Assembly: GCA_963718235.1 (NCBI GenBank)
Contig: CAVQYR010000001.1
Location: 1,088,001 to 1,152,000 of the forward strand
Reading direction: 5' to 3'
Length of the DNA: 64,000 bases
From: an uncultured Actinomycetota bacterium
GTDB lineage: Bacteria; Actinomycetota; Actinomycetes; JAHEKZ01
A program made the position numbers and the translations under genes. Of the stretch, positions 1-10,189 are shown in pieces; within the stretch, counting starts at the first letter, position 1, and each line of letters begins with the position of its first letter. The notes under the pieces are model-generated. The model searched no databases. It was not told the DNA's origin and saw nothing but the letters and a program-made list of their open reading frames with translations.

Positions 1-1210
1 TCGCAACGTCGGCCGTCTCGATGGTCACATCGATGCCGATGGCCTTCAGACCGTCCTGGACGATGGTGGCTGCTCGCTGGTCCACGTCACTGGATCCAGT
101 GGCAAGCAACTTGACTGAGCATCCGTTCTCACACTCGGTACCTTTCAGTAGCTCCTTGGCGGCATTGGCTTGGGGTGCTATCTCGCCTGCGCCCTCAGAC
201 CAGCGTGACGTGGTGGCGAAGAACTCTGCGTTCGGGGCGGCGAGCCCACCCCAAGCAACATCGGCAATCAACTGTCGGTCGATGGCCAGGGAGATCGCCT
301 CGCGGACGTTGAGGTCACTGGTGATGCCGTCAAGGTTGTTCATGGACATGTAGTAGATGAGGTAGGTGCTTGAGCCGACTGACTTCAGCGAGGAGTCGAT
401 GGACTGGATCGTTGCAGGATCGATGTCGTTGGCGACGTCGACCTGACCGCCCTTGAGCTGAGTGAAGCGTCCCGCGCCATCAGTAACCACCTTGAACGCC
501 ATGTTTTCCACAGCCGGTTGAAGATCGGCAGGCTGCTCGGTGTTGCGAGTGAGGGTAAACGAGCTGCCCTTAATGTCACCGTCACTGAGCGTGTACGGCC
601 CTGAGGAAGTCGGCACGTCTGGGATGGAGTAGTCCTGGCCGATCTCGGAGGCCTTGAGGATTGCCATCTCGTACGTTGCCGCGATGTTCTCGAACGAGGC
701 GTAGGGCCTGGTGAAGGTGAATGTGACGTCCTGCCCCTTGGCGGTAACGTCCTTGATCGGAGTGAAGTCACCGACGTTGATGTTCTTTGGGTTGTTCATC
801 GACCGCTCAAAGGTGGCCACAACGTCTTTCGGCGTGATGGGTGCACCGTCCGCGAACTTGATGTCCGAGCGCAGCGTCGCGACCAAGCTCGTCTTGTCAG
901 GTGAGTATTCCCAATTGCTAGCCAGGTAGGGGTAGAGCTTCGACCCGTCAGCGCTGAGTCGGAACAAGGTGCCGGCCCGAAGCGCCAGTATCTGAAGGCT
1001 CGAGAAGTCGGCAGTGCGGTCCGCATCCTGCGTGACAACCTTGTCGCTGATCGCAATGTCGAGTTGATCCAGGTTCGGCTGCGCGGTGAGATCGGCGCCA
1101 GCTCCCACACTCGTTTCAGCGCTCGGACTGCTATCTGAGGAGGCGCAGGCTGCCAGCGGAGCGGTGACCAGCAGGACCGCAACCAGCGCGCGAACCGGAG
1201 TCTTCATCAT
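1..1210 (-). CDS. ABC transporter substrate-binding lipoprotein, peptide/nickel (family 5); runs off the window edge
   Basis: Not in the ORF track. Manual translation from ATG 1210 (RBS GGAG) gives MMKTPVRALVAVLLVTAPLAAC (lipobox), then LASNWEYSPD..LRSDIKFADGAPITPKDVVATF, SGPYTL and VREAISLAIDR. The frame is open to the edge. Confidence 0.88.
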   Translation of the reverse strand, partial: MMKTPVRALVAVLLVTAPLAACASSDSSPSAETSVGAGADLTAQPNLDQLDIAISDKVVTQDADRTADFSSLQILALRAGTLFRLSADGSKLYPYLASNWEYSPDKTSLVATLRSDIKFADGAPITPKDVVATFERSMNNPKNINVGDFTPIKDVTAKGQDVTFTFTRPYASFENIAATYEMAILKASEIGQDYSIPDVPTSSGPYTLSDGDIKGSSFTLTRNTEQPADLQPAVENMAFKVVTDGAGRFTQLKGGQVDVANDIDPATIQSIDSSLKSVGSSTYLIYYMSMNNLDGITSDLNVREAISLAIDRQLIADVAWGGLAAPNAEFFATTSRWSEGAGEIAPQANAAKELLKGTECENGCSVKLLATGSSDVDQRAATIVQDGLKAIGIDVTIETADVA

Positions 1211-1241
1211 GGTGTCTCCAATAGTTGGTGTCGGTCTCGGT

Positions 1242-2396
1242 CTATCCCAAAATGCGTGCTCGGCCGTAGCCGCCTTTGACCTCGGCTCCCGCCGCAAAGC
1301 GGTCGGGGTGGAACTCGGCTAGTCCGGGAGAGGGATTCCCGTCAAGGACCAAGTCGGCGACGTGGCGCCCCATGACCGGTGCAAGCTTGAAGCCATGGCC
1401 ACTGGTGCCAGCGTCGACGAAGACGTCGGTGGCAATCTCACCGATGACCGGTTGCCAGTCCGGGCTGACGTCGTACAGGCTTGCCCAACCGCCGATAGCC
1501 CGCGCGCCGTCAAGAGCGGGGATCCGTGCACTGGCTGCGGTGGCCATGGACTCCTGCTCGGCGATCGTCACTGCCTCGGCGAAATCGTCCGGGTCTGCTT
1601 GTGGCTCGTCGAAGAGCTGGCCGAGCCCAAACATGGACGGTCCCTCGGGCATCAGGTAGAAGCCGTTCATGACGTCCGCGACGCCGTAGGTGATGGCAGG
1701 GGCGATCCCCCAGTCGTTGGTCGTCACGTAATGGCGCTCGACCGTCAGCGGCAGGTTGACACCAATCTGCAGCGCGAGTGCTCGTGTCCACGGTCCCGCC
1801 GCAATCAGCAATCGGCCGGCTTCGATCTCACCCTTCTCGCACCGCAACCGCACTCCGCCGTTAGGCGGCAGCTCGATGTCGTTGACCTTGTTGTAGAGCG
1901 AGGCAACCGCGCCGCGTGATCGGGCAAGTGCCAGCAGGCCCTGCGTGGTGCCGCTGGGATCGGCCGGTCCAGCGTCAGCCTCCCACGCCGATAGCCCCAG
2001 GCCCTGCGTGTCGATCGCGGGAAACCGCGAACTCACCGCATCGGGTCCGAGCACCTCGACCTTGGTGCCGATCACGGCAAGGGCTGCTGCGTTCTCCACC
2101 AACCCTGGGCCGTCCCCTGGCGGGTGCAGAAAGAGAACCCCCAGCTGGCGATAGCCGGACTGGCCGCCTTGTGACCACTCCTCGAAGTTCATCAAGATGT
2201 CGATCGACTCGCGCGCCACTCCAGCCAGGAAGGGGTGCGAGTAGTACGCCCGGCACATGGCGCTCGACCGGCCGGTCGGGCCACCGGCAACCGGACCCTG
2301 GTCGATCACCACGGTTGAGGCGCCACGCGACGCCAAGTGTGCAGCGGCCGAGCAGCCGTGCACGCCGGCTCCAATCACGGCCACGTCGTACGCCAC
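1242..2396 (-). CDS. FAD-dependent oxidoreductase, DAO/sarcosine oxidase family
   Basis: N-terminal VIGAGVHG dinucleotide motif, YDVSPDWQPVIG and SGHGFKLAP. Confidence 0.9.
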   Translation of the reverse strand: MAYDVAVIGAGVHGCSAAAHLASRGASTVVIDQGPVAGGPTGRSSAMCRAYYSHPFLAGVARESIDILMNFEEWSQGGQSGYRQLGVLFLHPPGDGPGLVENAAALAVIGTKVEVLGPDAVSSRFPAIDTQGLGLSAWEADAGPADPSGTTQGLLALARSRGAVASLYNKVNDIELPPNGGVRLRCEKGEIEAGRLLIAAGPWTRALALQIGVNLPLTVERHYVTTNDWGIAPAITYGVADVMNGFYLMPEGPSMFGLGQLFDEPQADPDDFAEAVTIAEQESMATAASARIPALDGARAIGGWASLYDVSPDWQPVIGEIATDVFVDAGTSGHGFKLAPVMGRHVADLVLDGNPSPGLAEFHPDRFAAGAEVKGGYGRARILG

Positions 2397-2493
2397 GCTT
2401 CTCGTCCTCCTCGGGACCCGCTAGCAAGATGAGTCACCTACCTGCGATCGGTGACTGCCGCAAACGGTAGGCGGATGGCTCGACTGAACCTAG

Positions 2494-2537
2494 CGACGAT
2501 CGTCGATGGTCTACGGTTTGTAACGCATCGATTGTCG
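2494..2537. promoter_or_regulatory. Candidate PucR-type operator pair (CGACGATCGTCG / CATCGATTGTCG)
   Basis: Palindromic 12-mers in the divergent intergenic region; a similar pair occurs at 3783-3833. Confidence 0.4.
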
Positions 2538-2558
2538 AGTCGGATCCGAGGTGGGTGG

Positions 2559-3767
2559 ATGGCCATCGAGCTGCAGCCGCTGGTTGAGCATCTCGGGGCG
2601 ACGTTGGGGCGTTCGGTGGCCATCGACGACCCCCACCTGCATTTGCTCGCCTACAGCCGGCATTACGGCGACGTCGACAACGCGCGGCTCGAGTCCGTGT
2701 TGACCCGTGAGGCTCCGGCCGAAGCGATGGCGTACGCGCTCGCCCACGGAGTCGCGGCGGCCGATGGTCCGGTTGAGATTCCCGCTAACGATGACCTCGG
2801 ATTCCTGGCCAGACTCTGCGTTCCGATCCGGAACCGCGGCAGCCTGCTGGGGTACCTCTGGCTCATCCAGACAGATCAACCACTTACCGAGGCCGAGACC
2901 GAGCAGGTGGAGCAGGTCGCCGATGCCGCTGGCGAGTTGATGCGTAGCGATCGGCTGTCGCAGGAACTTCGCTTGGCACAGGAGCAAGGATTGCTTCGCG
3001 ACCTGCTGAGCACGGATCCCACGTTGCGCGCCCATGCCGCAACCGAGCTGATCGAACTCAAGTTCGTCTCACCTCCGAGGTCGGTGTGTTGCCTGGTGCT
3101 TCGACCTTCCGGGGGAGAGGAATCCTCGAGCTCAGCCATCGACGAGACGTTGAGCCGCTCAAGGCGCTTCTGGCCCTTGCGCGGCACCTTGCAGCTGGGT
3201 CGCATTGACCACGGTGCACTCGTTCTCATCCATACCGGCGGAAGTCGAGAGAACGCACAAGTCGCGCAGCACATCATCGACTCCTTCAACGCTCTGTCGC
3301 CAGGCACCTGGCAACCGCGGGTCGGAATCGGAGCCTGGGTGGATTCGCTCGACCAGGCCAAGGAGAGCTATGCCCAAGCTCTCCACGCTTCTCGAGTTGC
3401 TGCGGTCAGGGGCGCTGACATCAGCGACTGGGCGGGGTTGGGGGTGTATCGAACGTTGGCGAAACTCTCCACGGACGAGCTGACACAGGAGGCACTTCCC
3501 CCTGGGCTCTCCAGACTCCTCGAGGTCGACGGGACTGGTGAGCTGGTCATGACCGTCGAGGCCTTCCTCGACCTGGCTGGCGACGTGAAGTCAACAGCTG
3601 AGCATTTGGTCCTGCATCGAACGTCGGTGTACAACCGGCTCCACCGCGTCGAGTTAGCCGCCGGAATCGATCTGGGGAACGGGCTTGACCGACTCGACTT
3701 CCACCTGGGTCTAAAGATGGCCCGCCTTGCGGGCGTCATCACCGCTCCGGCCATCATCGACCGCTAG
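2559..3767 (+). CDS. PucR/CdaR-family transcriptional regulator
   Basis: GAF-like N-terminus; C-terminal HTH TAEHLVLHRTSVYNRLHRVE. Start set at ATG 2559. Confidence 0.88.
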   Translation: MAIELQPLVEHLGATLGRSVAIDDPHLHLLAYSRHYGDVDNARLESVLTREAPAEAMAYALAHGVAAADGPVEIPANDDLGFLARLCVPIRNRGSLLGYLWLIQTDQPLTEAETEQVEQVADAAGELMRSDRLSQELRLAQEQGLLRDLLSTDPTLRAHAATELIELKFVSPPRSVCCLVLRPSGGEESSSSAIDETLSRSRRFWPLRGTLQLGRIDHGALVLIHTGGSRENAQVAQHIIDSFNALSPGTWQPRVGIGAWVDSLDQAKESYAQALHASRVAAVRGADISDWAGLGVYRTLAKLSTDELTQEALPPGLSRLLEVDGTGELVMTVEAFLDLAGDVKSTAEHLVLHRTSVYNRLHRVELAAGIDLGNGLDRLDFHLGLKMARLAGVITAPAIIDR

Positions 3768-3782
3768 GAGGTGGTCAGGGCT

Positions 3783-3833
3783 CGACAAACGTCGCGAAAG
3801 ACAGAGGTGCCCTTCGTCATCTGACGATTGTGC
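3783..3833 (+). promoter_or_regulatory. Candidate PucR-type operator pair upstream of the ABC permease operon
   Basis: CGACAAACGTCG (3783-3794) and TGACGATTGTGC (3822-3833), followed by a CACACT -10-like hexamer. Confidence 0.4.
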
Positions 3834-3920
3834 GATGACGGGCTGGTTGGCACACTTGCGCCACCTCGCGGCCACGAGTTGCCGGGCGGTGCAGCAACGA
3901 CGTACATGACGGGAGGCCGC

Positions 3921-4871
3921 GTGCGGAACGTTGGGCGTCGGCTGCTGCGCCTACTCGGCGAGATGGCCATCGTCGCGGTACTCGTCGTGGTCTTTACCAA
4001 CTTGCTGATTCGACTGGCCCCGGGAGACCCGGCCCGTGTGATCCTCGGCACGAAGGCCAGCCCCGAGCAGATCGCAGCGCTTCGCGAGCAGCTGGGTCTC
4101 GATACGCCACTGCCTCAGCAGGTCGTCGGCATGCTCGCCGATCTGTTTCACGGCGACTTGGGCGCCACGCTGGCCGACCCTGACCGCTCGGTCATGTCGC
4201 TCATCGTGGATGCCCTTCCGGTCACTCTCACCTTGATCGTCTTGACCGTCGTCATTTCGGGCGTGGTGGGGATCTTGCTTGGGCTGTGGGGAGCGCTCTC
4301 TCGGCGCAGGGCGGTCGATCAGGGTGTGTCGGCAGGGGCCATCGCTCTGTTAGCCCTTCCCCCCTTTGTCCTCTCGCTCCTGCTCCTGCTCCTCGTGGCC
4401 GTGGCCTGGGGGCTGGCACCGGCGGGTGGCTGGGGTGACGGTTGGCCGGGCAACTTGGCTTATGCGTGGCTGCCCGCGCTGGCCCTGTGCGGCCTTCTGA
4501 TGCCGCAGGTGATCAGGACGGTCCGACAGAACGCCGGAGAGCTTCGAAGTCAGGAGTTCGTCGAGTCAGCACACTCCCTTGGGCTTTCGCCGATGCGGGT
4601 GAACGTGCGCCACATCCTCCCCAACGCATCTCTTCCCGTGATCACGGTTCTTGGCCTGAACGCTGCGGCTCTCATCGCGGGTGCAGTAGTGGTGGAGTCA
4701 GTGTTCGGAATCCCTGGGCTCGGACAGGTTCTCGAAGACGCAGTCGCGTCTCGCGACTACCCGGTGATCCAGGGCGTGGCGCTCGTGACTGCACTCATTG
4801 TGGTCTTGATCAATGCCGCCACCGATCTGATCTATGGCTTGGTCGACCCCAGAGTGCGAGTGCAGACATGA
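3921..4871 (+). CDS. ABC transporter permease (DppB/OppB-like)
   Basis: PGDPARVILG, LGLDTPL, EAA-like loop and RDYPVIQG; GGAGG RBS before GTG 3921. Confidence 0.92.
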   Translation: MRNVGRRLLRLLGEMAIVAVLVVVFTNLLIRLAPGDPARVILGTKASPEQIAALREQLGLDTPLPQQVVGMLADLFHGDLGATLADPDRSVMSLIVDALPVTLTLIVLTVVISGVVGILLGLWGALSRRRAVDQGVSAGAIALLALPPFVLSLLLLLLVAVAWGLAPAGGWGDGWPGNLAYAWLPALALCGLLMPQVIRTVRQNAGELRSQEFVESAHSLGLSPMRVNVRHILPNASLPVITVLGLNAAALIAGAVVVESVFGIPGLGQVLEDAVASRDYPVIQGVALVTALIVVLINAATDLIYGLVDPRVRVQT

Positions 4872-5749
4872 GCGCCCCGACCACCGCCGCGCTGCGCCCC
4901 AACCTGTGGCACTGGCTGCGTCGAACGTCGGATTGGGTGGTCGTGATTGCTGCCTCCATTCCGGTGTTGATCGTGTTGCTTGGTTCTCTTCTGCCGGTGG
5001 TTACGGGCTACGCACCCGATGAGTTCGTGGCCCGACCGCTCTTGCCCCCTTCTCCCGCGCACCCATTCGGCACTGACACCTTCGGCCGGGACGTGATGGT
5101 CCGCGCGTTCGCCGCGTCGCACACGGACTACTTGATTGCGGTGCTTGGTGTAGGTGCTGCTGCTTTGCTGGGCAGCGCCATTGGAGTCCTCGTTGCCTCG
5201 AGCCGGGTCAGGGGAGTCGACTGGGCCGCGATGCGACTGACCGACGGCGTGATCGCGTTCCCTTTCACTGTCCTGGCCCTGTCGTTCGTCGTGGTGCTAG
5301 GTAGCAACGCCTCGGTGCTCGGGCTTCCCGAGGGAATGCCGGCCCTCTTGGCCGCCTACATATTCGTGGGTTGGGCCTATTACGCGAGGATCGCCCGCGC
5401 GCAGACTGTCTCGCTTCGGTCACGCGACTTTGTGTCCGCTGGTCGCCAGATGGGATTCTCCGACCTGCGTATCGCCGTGCGACACATCCTACCCATCGTG
5501 CTGGCGACCACTATGGCCTATGCGGTGGGCGATGCGATCATCACGGTTGCGCTCACCGCGTCGTTGAGCTTCCTTGGCGCTGGGATTGCTCCCCCAACTC
5601 CCGAGTGGGGGCAGATGATGTACGAGGGCCGCGGCATCATCGAAACCGCCTGGTGGCTCACCGCCTTTCCATCGCTCCTGCTGGTGATCAGTGGGCTCTC
5701 TGTGGCCGTCCTTGCCGACCGGTCGATTCGCCGACTTGAGGACCGCTGA
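4868..5749 (+). CDS. ABC transporter permease (DppC/OppC-like)
   Basis: HPFGTDTFGRD and SLSFLGAGIAPPTPEWG; ATGA overlap with the upstream gene. Confidence 0.92.
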   Translation: MSAPTTAALRPNLWHWLRRTSDWVVVIAASIPVLIVLLGSLLPVVTGYAPDEFVARPLLPPSPAHPFGTDTFGRDVMVRAFAASHTDYLIAVLGVGAAALLGSAIGVLVASSRVRGVDWAAMRLTDGVIAFPFTVLALSFVVVLGSNASVLGLPEGMPALLAAYIFVGWAYYARIARAQTVSLRSRDFVSAGRQMGFSDLRIAVRHILPIVLATTMAYAVGDAIITVALTASLSFLGAGIAPPTPEWGQMMYEGRGIIETAWWLTAFPSLLLVISGLSVAVLADRSIRRLEDR

Positions 5750-6753
5750 TGAGTCAGACCTCACAGACCAGCGCTGTGGAAGCAGCTGGCGGCGACGCAC
5801 CGGTCGCAGAACTGCGAGGGATCGCGATCGAGATTGGCGGCACCGAGATCGTGACCCAGGCTGACCTCGCGATCGACCCGGGCGAGAGCGTCGGCTTGGT
5901 AGGTGAGTCAGGTTCTGGCAAATCCGTCACCTGCCGTGCGTTTACCGGGATCCTCGGCTTCATCGGGGGCAACACAACTCGCGGCCACGTGCTCGTAGAA
6001 GGCAACGACATGACCGGCGCGACGAGTGACGGATGGCGCCAGGTGCGCGGAGGAACCATCGCGCTCATTCCGCAGGCTTCGTTGGCTGGGCTTGATCCCG
6101 TCATGAAAGTCGGTCGCCAGATGGCGGAAGTGGTCAGGCGCTACGACAACAAGGGCGACGTTCGCAGACGTTCGCTGGAACTGCTCGATCAAGTACAGAT
6201 GCCGCAACCGGAGCGGGTACTCAACTCCTACCCGCACGAGCTCTCGGGCGGGATGAGGCAGCGAGCGATGATCGCGATGGGTATCGCGGGCCGCCCCAAG
6301 CTGCTCATCGCCGACGAGCCGACGACTGCGCTAGATGCCACAGTCCAGCAGGCGATTCTCGATCTCCTGCGGCGCCTGCGCGATGAGATGGGCATGGCGC
6401 TTCTCCTGGTCAGCCATGATCTCGGAGCGATTCGCTCGGCGACGGACCGCGTTGCCGTGATGTATGCCGGAACGCTCGTCGAGTCCGGCCGAAGCTCCGA
6501 CGTTCTCCACCAACCGCGTCACCCGTACTCGGCGGCGCTGATTGCATCGGACCCATCGCTGATGGAGCGCGGTGAACGTCTGCGCGGCCTGTTCGGCGAT
6601 CCACCTCAGCCCGGCAGCTGGCCGGTCGGGTGTCGATTCCAACCGCGTTGCGCGCACGCACAGGACCGCTGTCAGGATGCAGCTCCGGAACTCGTCGATG
6701 ACGGCAATGGACATCTCGTGGCTTGTGTGAGGTCAGGTGAACTGGAGCTGTGA
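5749..6753 (+). CDS. ABC transporter ATP-binding protein (DppD/OppD-like)
   Basis: GESGSGKS, LSGGMRQR, LIADEPT, HPY and C-terminal GCRFQPRC. Confidence 0.94.
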   Translation: MSQTSQTSAVEAAGGDAPVAELRGIAIEIGGTEIVTQADLAIDPGESVGLVGESGSGKSVTCRAFTGILGFIGGNTTRGHVLVEGNDMTGATSDGWRQVRGGTIALIPQASLAGLDPVMKVGRQMAEVVRRYDNKGDVRRRSLELLDQVQMPQPERVLNSYPHELSGGMRQRAMIAMGIAGRPKLLIADEPTTALDATVQQAILDLLRRLRDEMGMALLLVSHDLGAIRSATDRVAVMYAGTLVESGRSSDVLHQPRHPYSAALIASDPSLMERGERLRGLFGDPPQPGSWPVGCRFQPRCAHAQDRCQDAAPELVDDGNGHLVACVRSGELEL

Positions 6754-7535
6754 GCAGTGGACCGAAGGCGCACGCTGATGACGCGGCAACCGACTCCGAA
6801 GCAATCGTGATCGCCGACGACGTCAGCCTGGCTTACGGACCGCAGACTGTCGTCCACAACGTGTCGTTGCGCGTAGGACGCGGAGACGCGGTCGGAGTTG
6901 CTGGCGAGAGCGGCTCTGGCAAGTCGACGCTGGCCAAGGCATTGGTCGGGGACCTGAAGCCCAGCTCCGGAACCGTCCGCGTCAACGGAAGAACTTGGTC
7001 GGAGATCGGTCGTAAGGATCCCGATCGTCGACGGGTACAGATGGTCTTCCAAGATCCTTATAGCGCCCTGAACCCGAGGATGACGGCGCGGCAAACAGTG
7101 GCCGAGGTCCTGCGGGTCCAACGACGTGTGCCTCGGTCGGAGGTTGTGGGCCGGGCTGGCGACCTGCTGTCTGACGTCGGCATGACGGGCAATGCGATGG
7201 ACGTACGTCCGCAACGGCTGAGTGGCGGAATGCGGCAACGTGTTGTCATCGCAAGGGCGGTTGCCTGTGAGCCGGACGTGTTGGTGGCAGACGAACCGAC
7301 CTCCGCTCTCGACGTCTCGATCCAGGCGCAGATCTTGAACTTACTGCTACGCCTGCGTACCGACCGGGGTCTTGCGCTTGTCCTCGTGACCCACGATCTC
7401 GCGGTGCTTAAGCACATGACGAACTACACGTTGGTAATGAAGGATGGGCACGTTGTGGAAGAGGGCTCGACTAGAGAGATCCTTGAGCAACCGACACACG
7501 AGTACACCCGGACTCTGGTCGCAGCTCGCCACTAG
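6750..7535 (+). CDS. ABC transporter ATP-binding protein (DppF/OppF-like)
   Basis: GESGSGKST, VFQDPYSALNPR, LSGGMRQR and DEPTSALD. Confidence 0.94.
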   Translation: MSSGPKAHADDAATDSEAIVIADDVSLAYGPQTVVHNVSLRVGRGDAVGVAGESGSGKSTLAKALVGDLKPSSGTVRVNGRTWSEIGRKDPDRRRVQMVFQDPYSALNPRMTARQTVAEVLRVQRRVPRSEVVGRAGDLLSDVGMTGNAMDVRPQRLSGGMRQRVVIARAVACEPDVLVADEPTSALDVSIQAQILNLLLRLRTDRGLALVLVTHDLAVLKHMTNYTLVMKDGHVVEEGSTREILEQPTHEYTRTLVAARH

Positions 7536-7589
7536 TGCCTAAGACGGCTCGGCGCTACTCCGGCACCGATGGGTTAGACACAGTGGCAC

Positions 7590-7810
7590 CTAGAGATAGC
7601 GCTCGATGAGCTCCTTGATGTACGCGTTCATAGTGTCCTGCGCGTGTCTGTAGATCGAGCAATGTCCTATGCCGTCGAACAGGCGGTACTCAGCATTGCC
7701 CGCCAGTTCCACCACCTCCAGGCCGCCCTGAGGTGAGGCTTGCACGTCCGCGTTGAACGCGAGTACATGCATCGGGACCTTGCAGTTTGGGAGTTGGTCC
7801 CGCTGGTCGT
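7590..7810 (-). pseudogene. C-terminal remnant of an alpha/beta hydrolase, truncated by the IS3 fragment
   Basis: KVPMHVLAFNAD...YRLFDGIGHCS matches the Asp/His-bearing end of the fold; the N-terminus is replaced by IS sequence. Confidence 0.55.
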
Positions 7811-8033
7811 CGAGGGCACGCGGTCGTCGATGTCGGCCTGGCGCATCCAGCGCCGCACCGACTCCTCCGGTCACCGAAATCGACCGCGACCTCAGGGACC
7901 GTCAGGTCACCGCGACGAGCGACCGTGACAACGTCCGCGATGAACTCTGGGGGGTACTTCTTCGGCAAAGCGACATCCCTCCCGAGAGACCTCGTCCCTC
8001 GTAGGAGATGTCAATCAAACTGCAGCAATTCCT
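7810..8033 (-). mobile_element. IS3-family 5' remnant (left inverted repeat plus truncated orfA)
   Basis: MPKKYPPEFIADVVTVARRGDLTVPEVAVDFG is an orfA-type HTH; minus-strand end AGGAATTGCTGCAGTTTGATTGACA at 8033-8009. Confidence 0.8.
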
Positions 8034-8329
8034 CCGGTCACACTTGCGGGGGCTGCTTCCGGATTCGGTCAGATCCGCTTCCACCGTGCACTCGGACCCT
8101 GGTGAGCACGCAGGTCAGGTGCGGGTGCGCGGAGTTTCACGCACGTCCTACGGGGGCCACGGGGGCAAACGGGGGCGGGACGTGCGGAATTCCTTGTGGG
8201 AAACCCGTTGGACCCTGCCGCGATCTGGTCGGATCGGGGCGGATCAAGTCTAGGGGGCTGGATTTCTGCGCTGGTTCGGCCGCAGATGGGGCGTCAGGGA
8301 GCGATTTCATGGCTCTGAGTGGGCTGGTG

Positions 8330-9098
8330 GGCGCGGCTGAGCCCGGTGCGGTGACTGGTGGCGATCGCGGGGGAGTCAGGCAGCTACCTGGGGTGGTGAC
8401 TGTTGTCGGTCGATCGGCTCGCTGCCAGGTGTGGCGTGCCCAGGCGTTCTGGGCGAGGGCTGCCATGAGCACGATGACGGTCTGGTTGTGCAGGCCCCAG
8501 GCCGGGAGCCGGCGGTTGTAGAAGGCGCGCTCGAACTGCGCATTCAGCGATTCGGTGTCAGCCCGCTGCCGTAGACGCGGCTGTAGTCGGGGTCAGTCGG
8601 TGGTAGGACGCGCAGGTAATCACTGCGGTTGAACGTGCGCACCTCGTCCGTTTGAGTCGGGGTGAGCGGCTCCCACCAGTCGTGCACGGCATCGCTAGAT
8701 CGGCAGGTCAGGGTGTGCCGGGCGTAGAACGCCCACGTCCCATCGGACTTGCGGTCTCGTCTAGTCTGGTGGCGGATGATTTCGACGAAGTCGAGGCTTC
8801 CGTCGGCGGTCACGACCCGCTCGTAGATCGTCCCGCCGGCCGCGTAGACGACATGCCCGCCGCACTCTTCTATCCACGCCGTCCCGGCTCGGCTTGGTGG
8901 GAGCTGAGCGGCGGCGTGACCGTACTTGCCGATCACGATCCCGCCGCGTTCTGTACTCTTCCGGCGAGCGGGGGAGATCATAGGACAGGCTGTCTCGTTC
9001 TGAACCCGGGCGATGTGTGTTCCGCGAAAGGCACCGTCGGCGACGAAGGCCAAGATGCCCGCGGCGCGATCGTTGAACATGCGCGTCGTGAAGGCCAC
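8330..9098 (-). mobile_element. Degenerate DDE transposase (IS4/IS5-superfamily-like), C-terminal half, frameshifted near 8570
   Basis: FVADGAF (second Asp) and, across the frameshift, VYG..RADTESLNAQFER (YREK-like motif with catalytic Glu). The family assignment is an inference. Confidence 0.55.
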
Positions 9099-9153
9099 AG
9101 TTGTGCCAACTCCGCCCTAGATCCGACCCATTCTTGTGGTGAGCCAGCCGGGC

Positions 9154-9711
9154 TCATTCTCCGGCGGTCGCGGTCCCCTTGTACGCTTGATCGAAGTCCT
9201 GTGAACCGGCTGCGCCGCCTTGAGTGAAGACGACATTAAGGCCCCTAACACCCCAAGCGCCGGGCACACCCGGCGTGATTGAGATCAACACATATGTCCA
9301 CTCGCCAACGGGCACCTTGAGTCCTTCAACGGGAATGAGATCTGGCATCTGGCCCCCGAAGTTCTCGATCATGCCTTCATCCAAGAGCAGACCAGGCGCC
9401 CCATTATCCAACGTGCCCGGCCGATAGAACTTGACCCTAGTTCCGGGGGACGCGGACAGCGCGCGCACTTCCGCAACGACAGCCGGCTGCTCCAGAGCAC
9501 TCAGATCGAGGCTCACCCAGTACCTCGTGCCCACCGGCCGTGGATCACCGGCACCCGCCCCCCCAGGCAACAGCTCGTGCAATCCTGGCACCGCCCCCAG
9601 GTTGGTCGTGACTTCCTCGCGGCACCCGACCGATAACGCCAAGAGCGCTGAGCACACAAGAGCGGCCACCGCGAATCGACGACCACTCCTGTGAGTTATA
9701 GGCGGGCTCAC
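9154..9711 (-). CDS. Hypothetical secreted lipoprotein
   Basis: Basic N-region, hydrophobic stretch and LSVGC lipobox; beta-rich mature part. Confidence 0.65.
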   Translation of the reverse strand: MSPPITHRSGRRFAVAALVCSALLALSVGCREEVTTNLGAVPGLHELLPGGAGAGDPRPVGTRYWVSLDLSALEQPAVVAEVRALSASPGTRVKFYRPGTLDNGAPGLLLDEGMIENFGGQMPDLIPVEGLKVPVGEWTYVLISITPGVPGAWGVRGLNVVFTQGGAAGSQDFDQAYKGTATAGE

Positions 9712-9813
9712 TTCCGAGACGAGTAAACGATGGTCGCGGTTGTGGGCGGTGCCCCGTGACCGAAGAGTGAGTACGTCTTTCCGGACGTGGAACCCATCTT
9801 GAATCCTCCCGGG

Positions 9814-10188
9814 TGGGATTGCTGCAGGTTCGGTTGACGCCGGTTGTGACTGATCAATCTACTTGAGCATCCTTGCTGGGGGTGAAGGCTAGCTCGAACT
9901 CGACGGGAGTGAGCTTGCCGAGGCCGCGTCGGCGGCGGCGCCGGTTGTAGGTGTGCTCGATCCAGTGGACGATCGCGTAGTGCAGCTCCTCGCGGGTGTG
10001 CCACTGCTGGGAGTCCAGGACGTTGCGCTGCAGGAGCGCCCAGAACGATTCCATCGCTGCGTTGTCCCCGGCTGAGGCGACCCGGCCCCTCGAGCCCTGC
10101 GGGCCGGCGGCGACCAGGATGGCCCTGAAGGACCGTGCTCGTAACTGGGCCCCGCGGTCGGCATCGACGATGACCACGCCGTCGGGTT
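9814..10188 (-). mobile_element. IS3-family 3' remnant (orfB integrase C-terminus plus right inverted repeat)
   Basis: DADRGAQ..DNAAMESFWALLQ..WIEHTYNRRRRRRGLGKLTPVEFE; terminal TGGGATTGCTGCAGGTTCGGTTGAC starts at 9814. Confidence 0.85.
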
Positions 10189-10189
10189 G

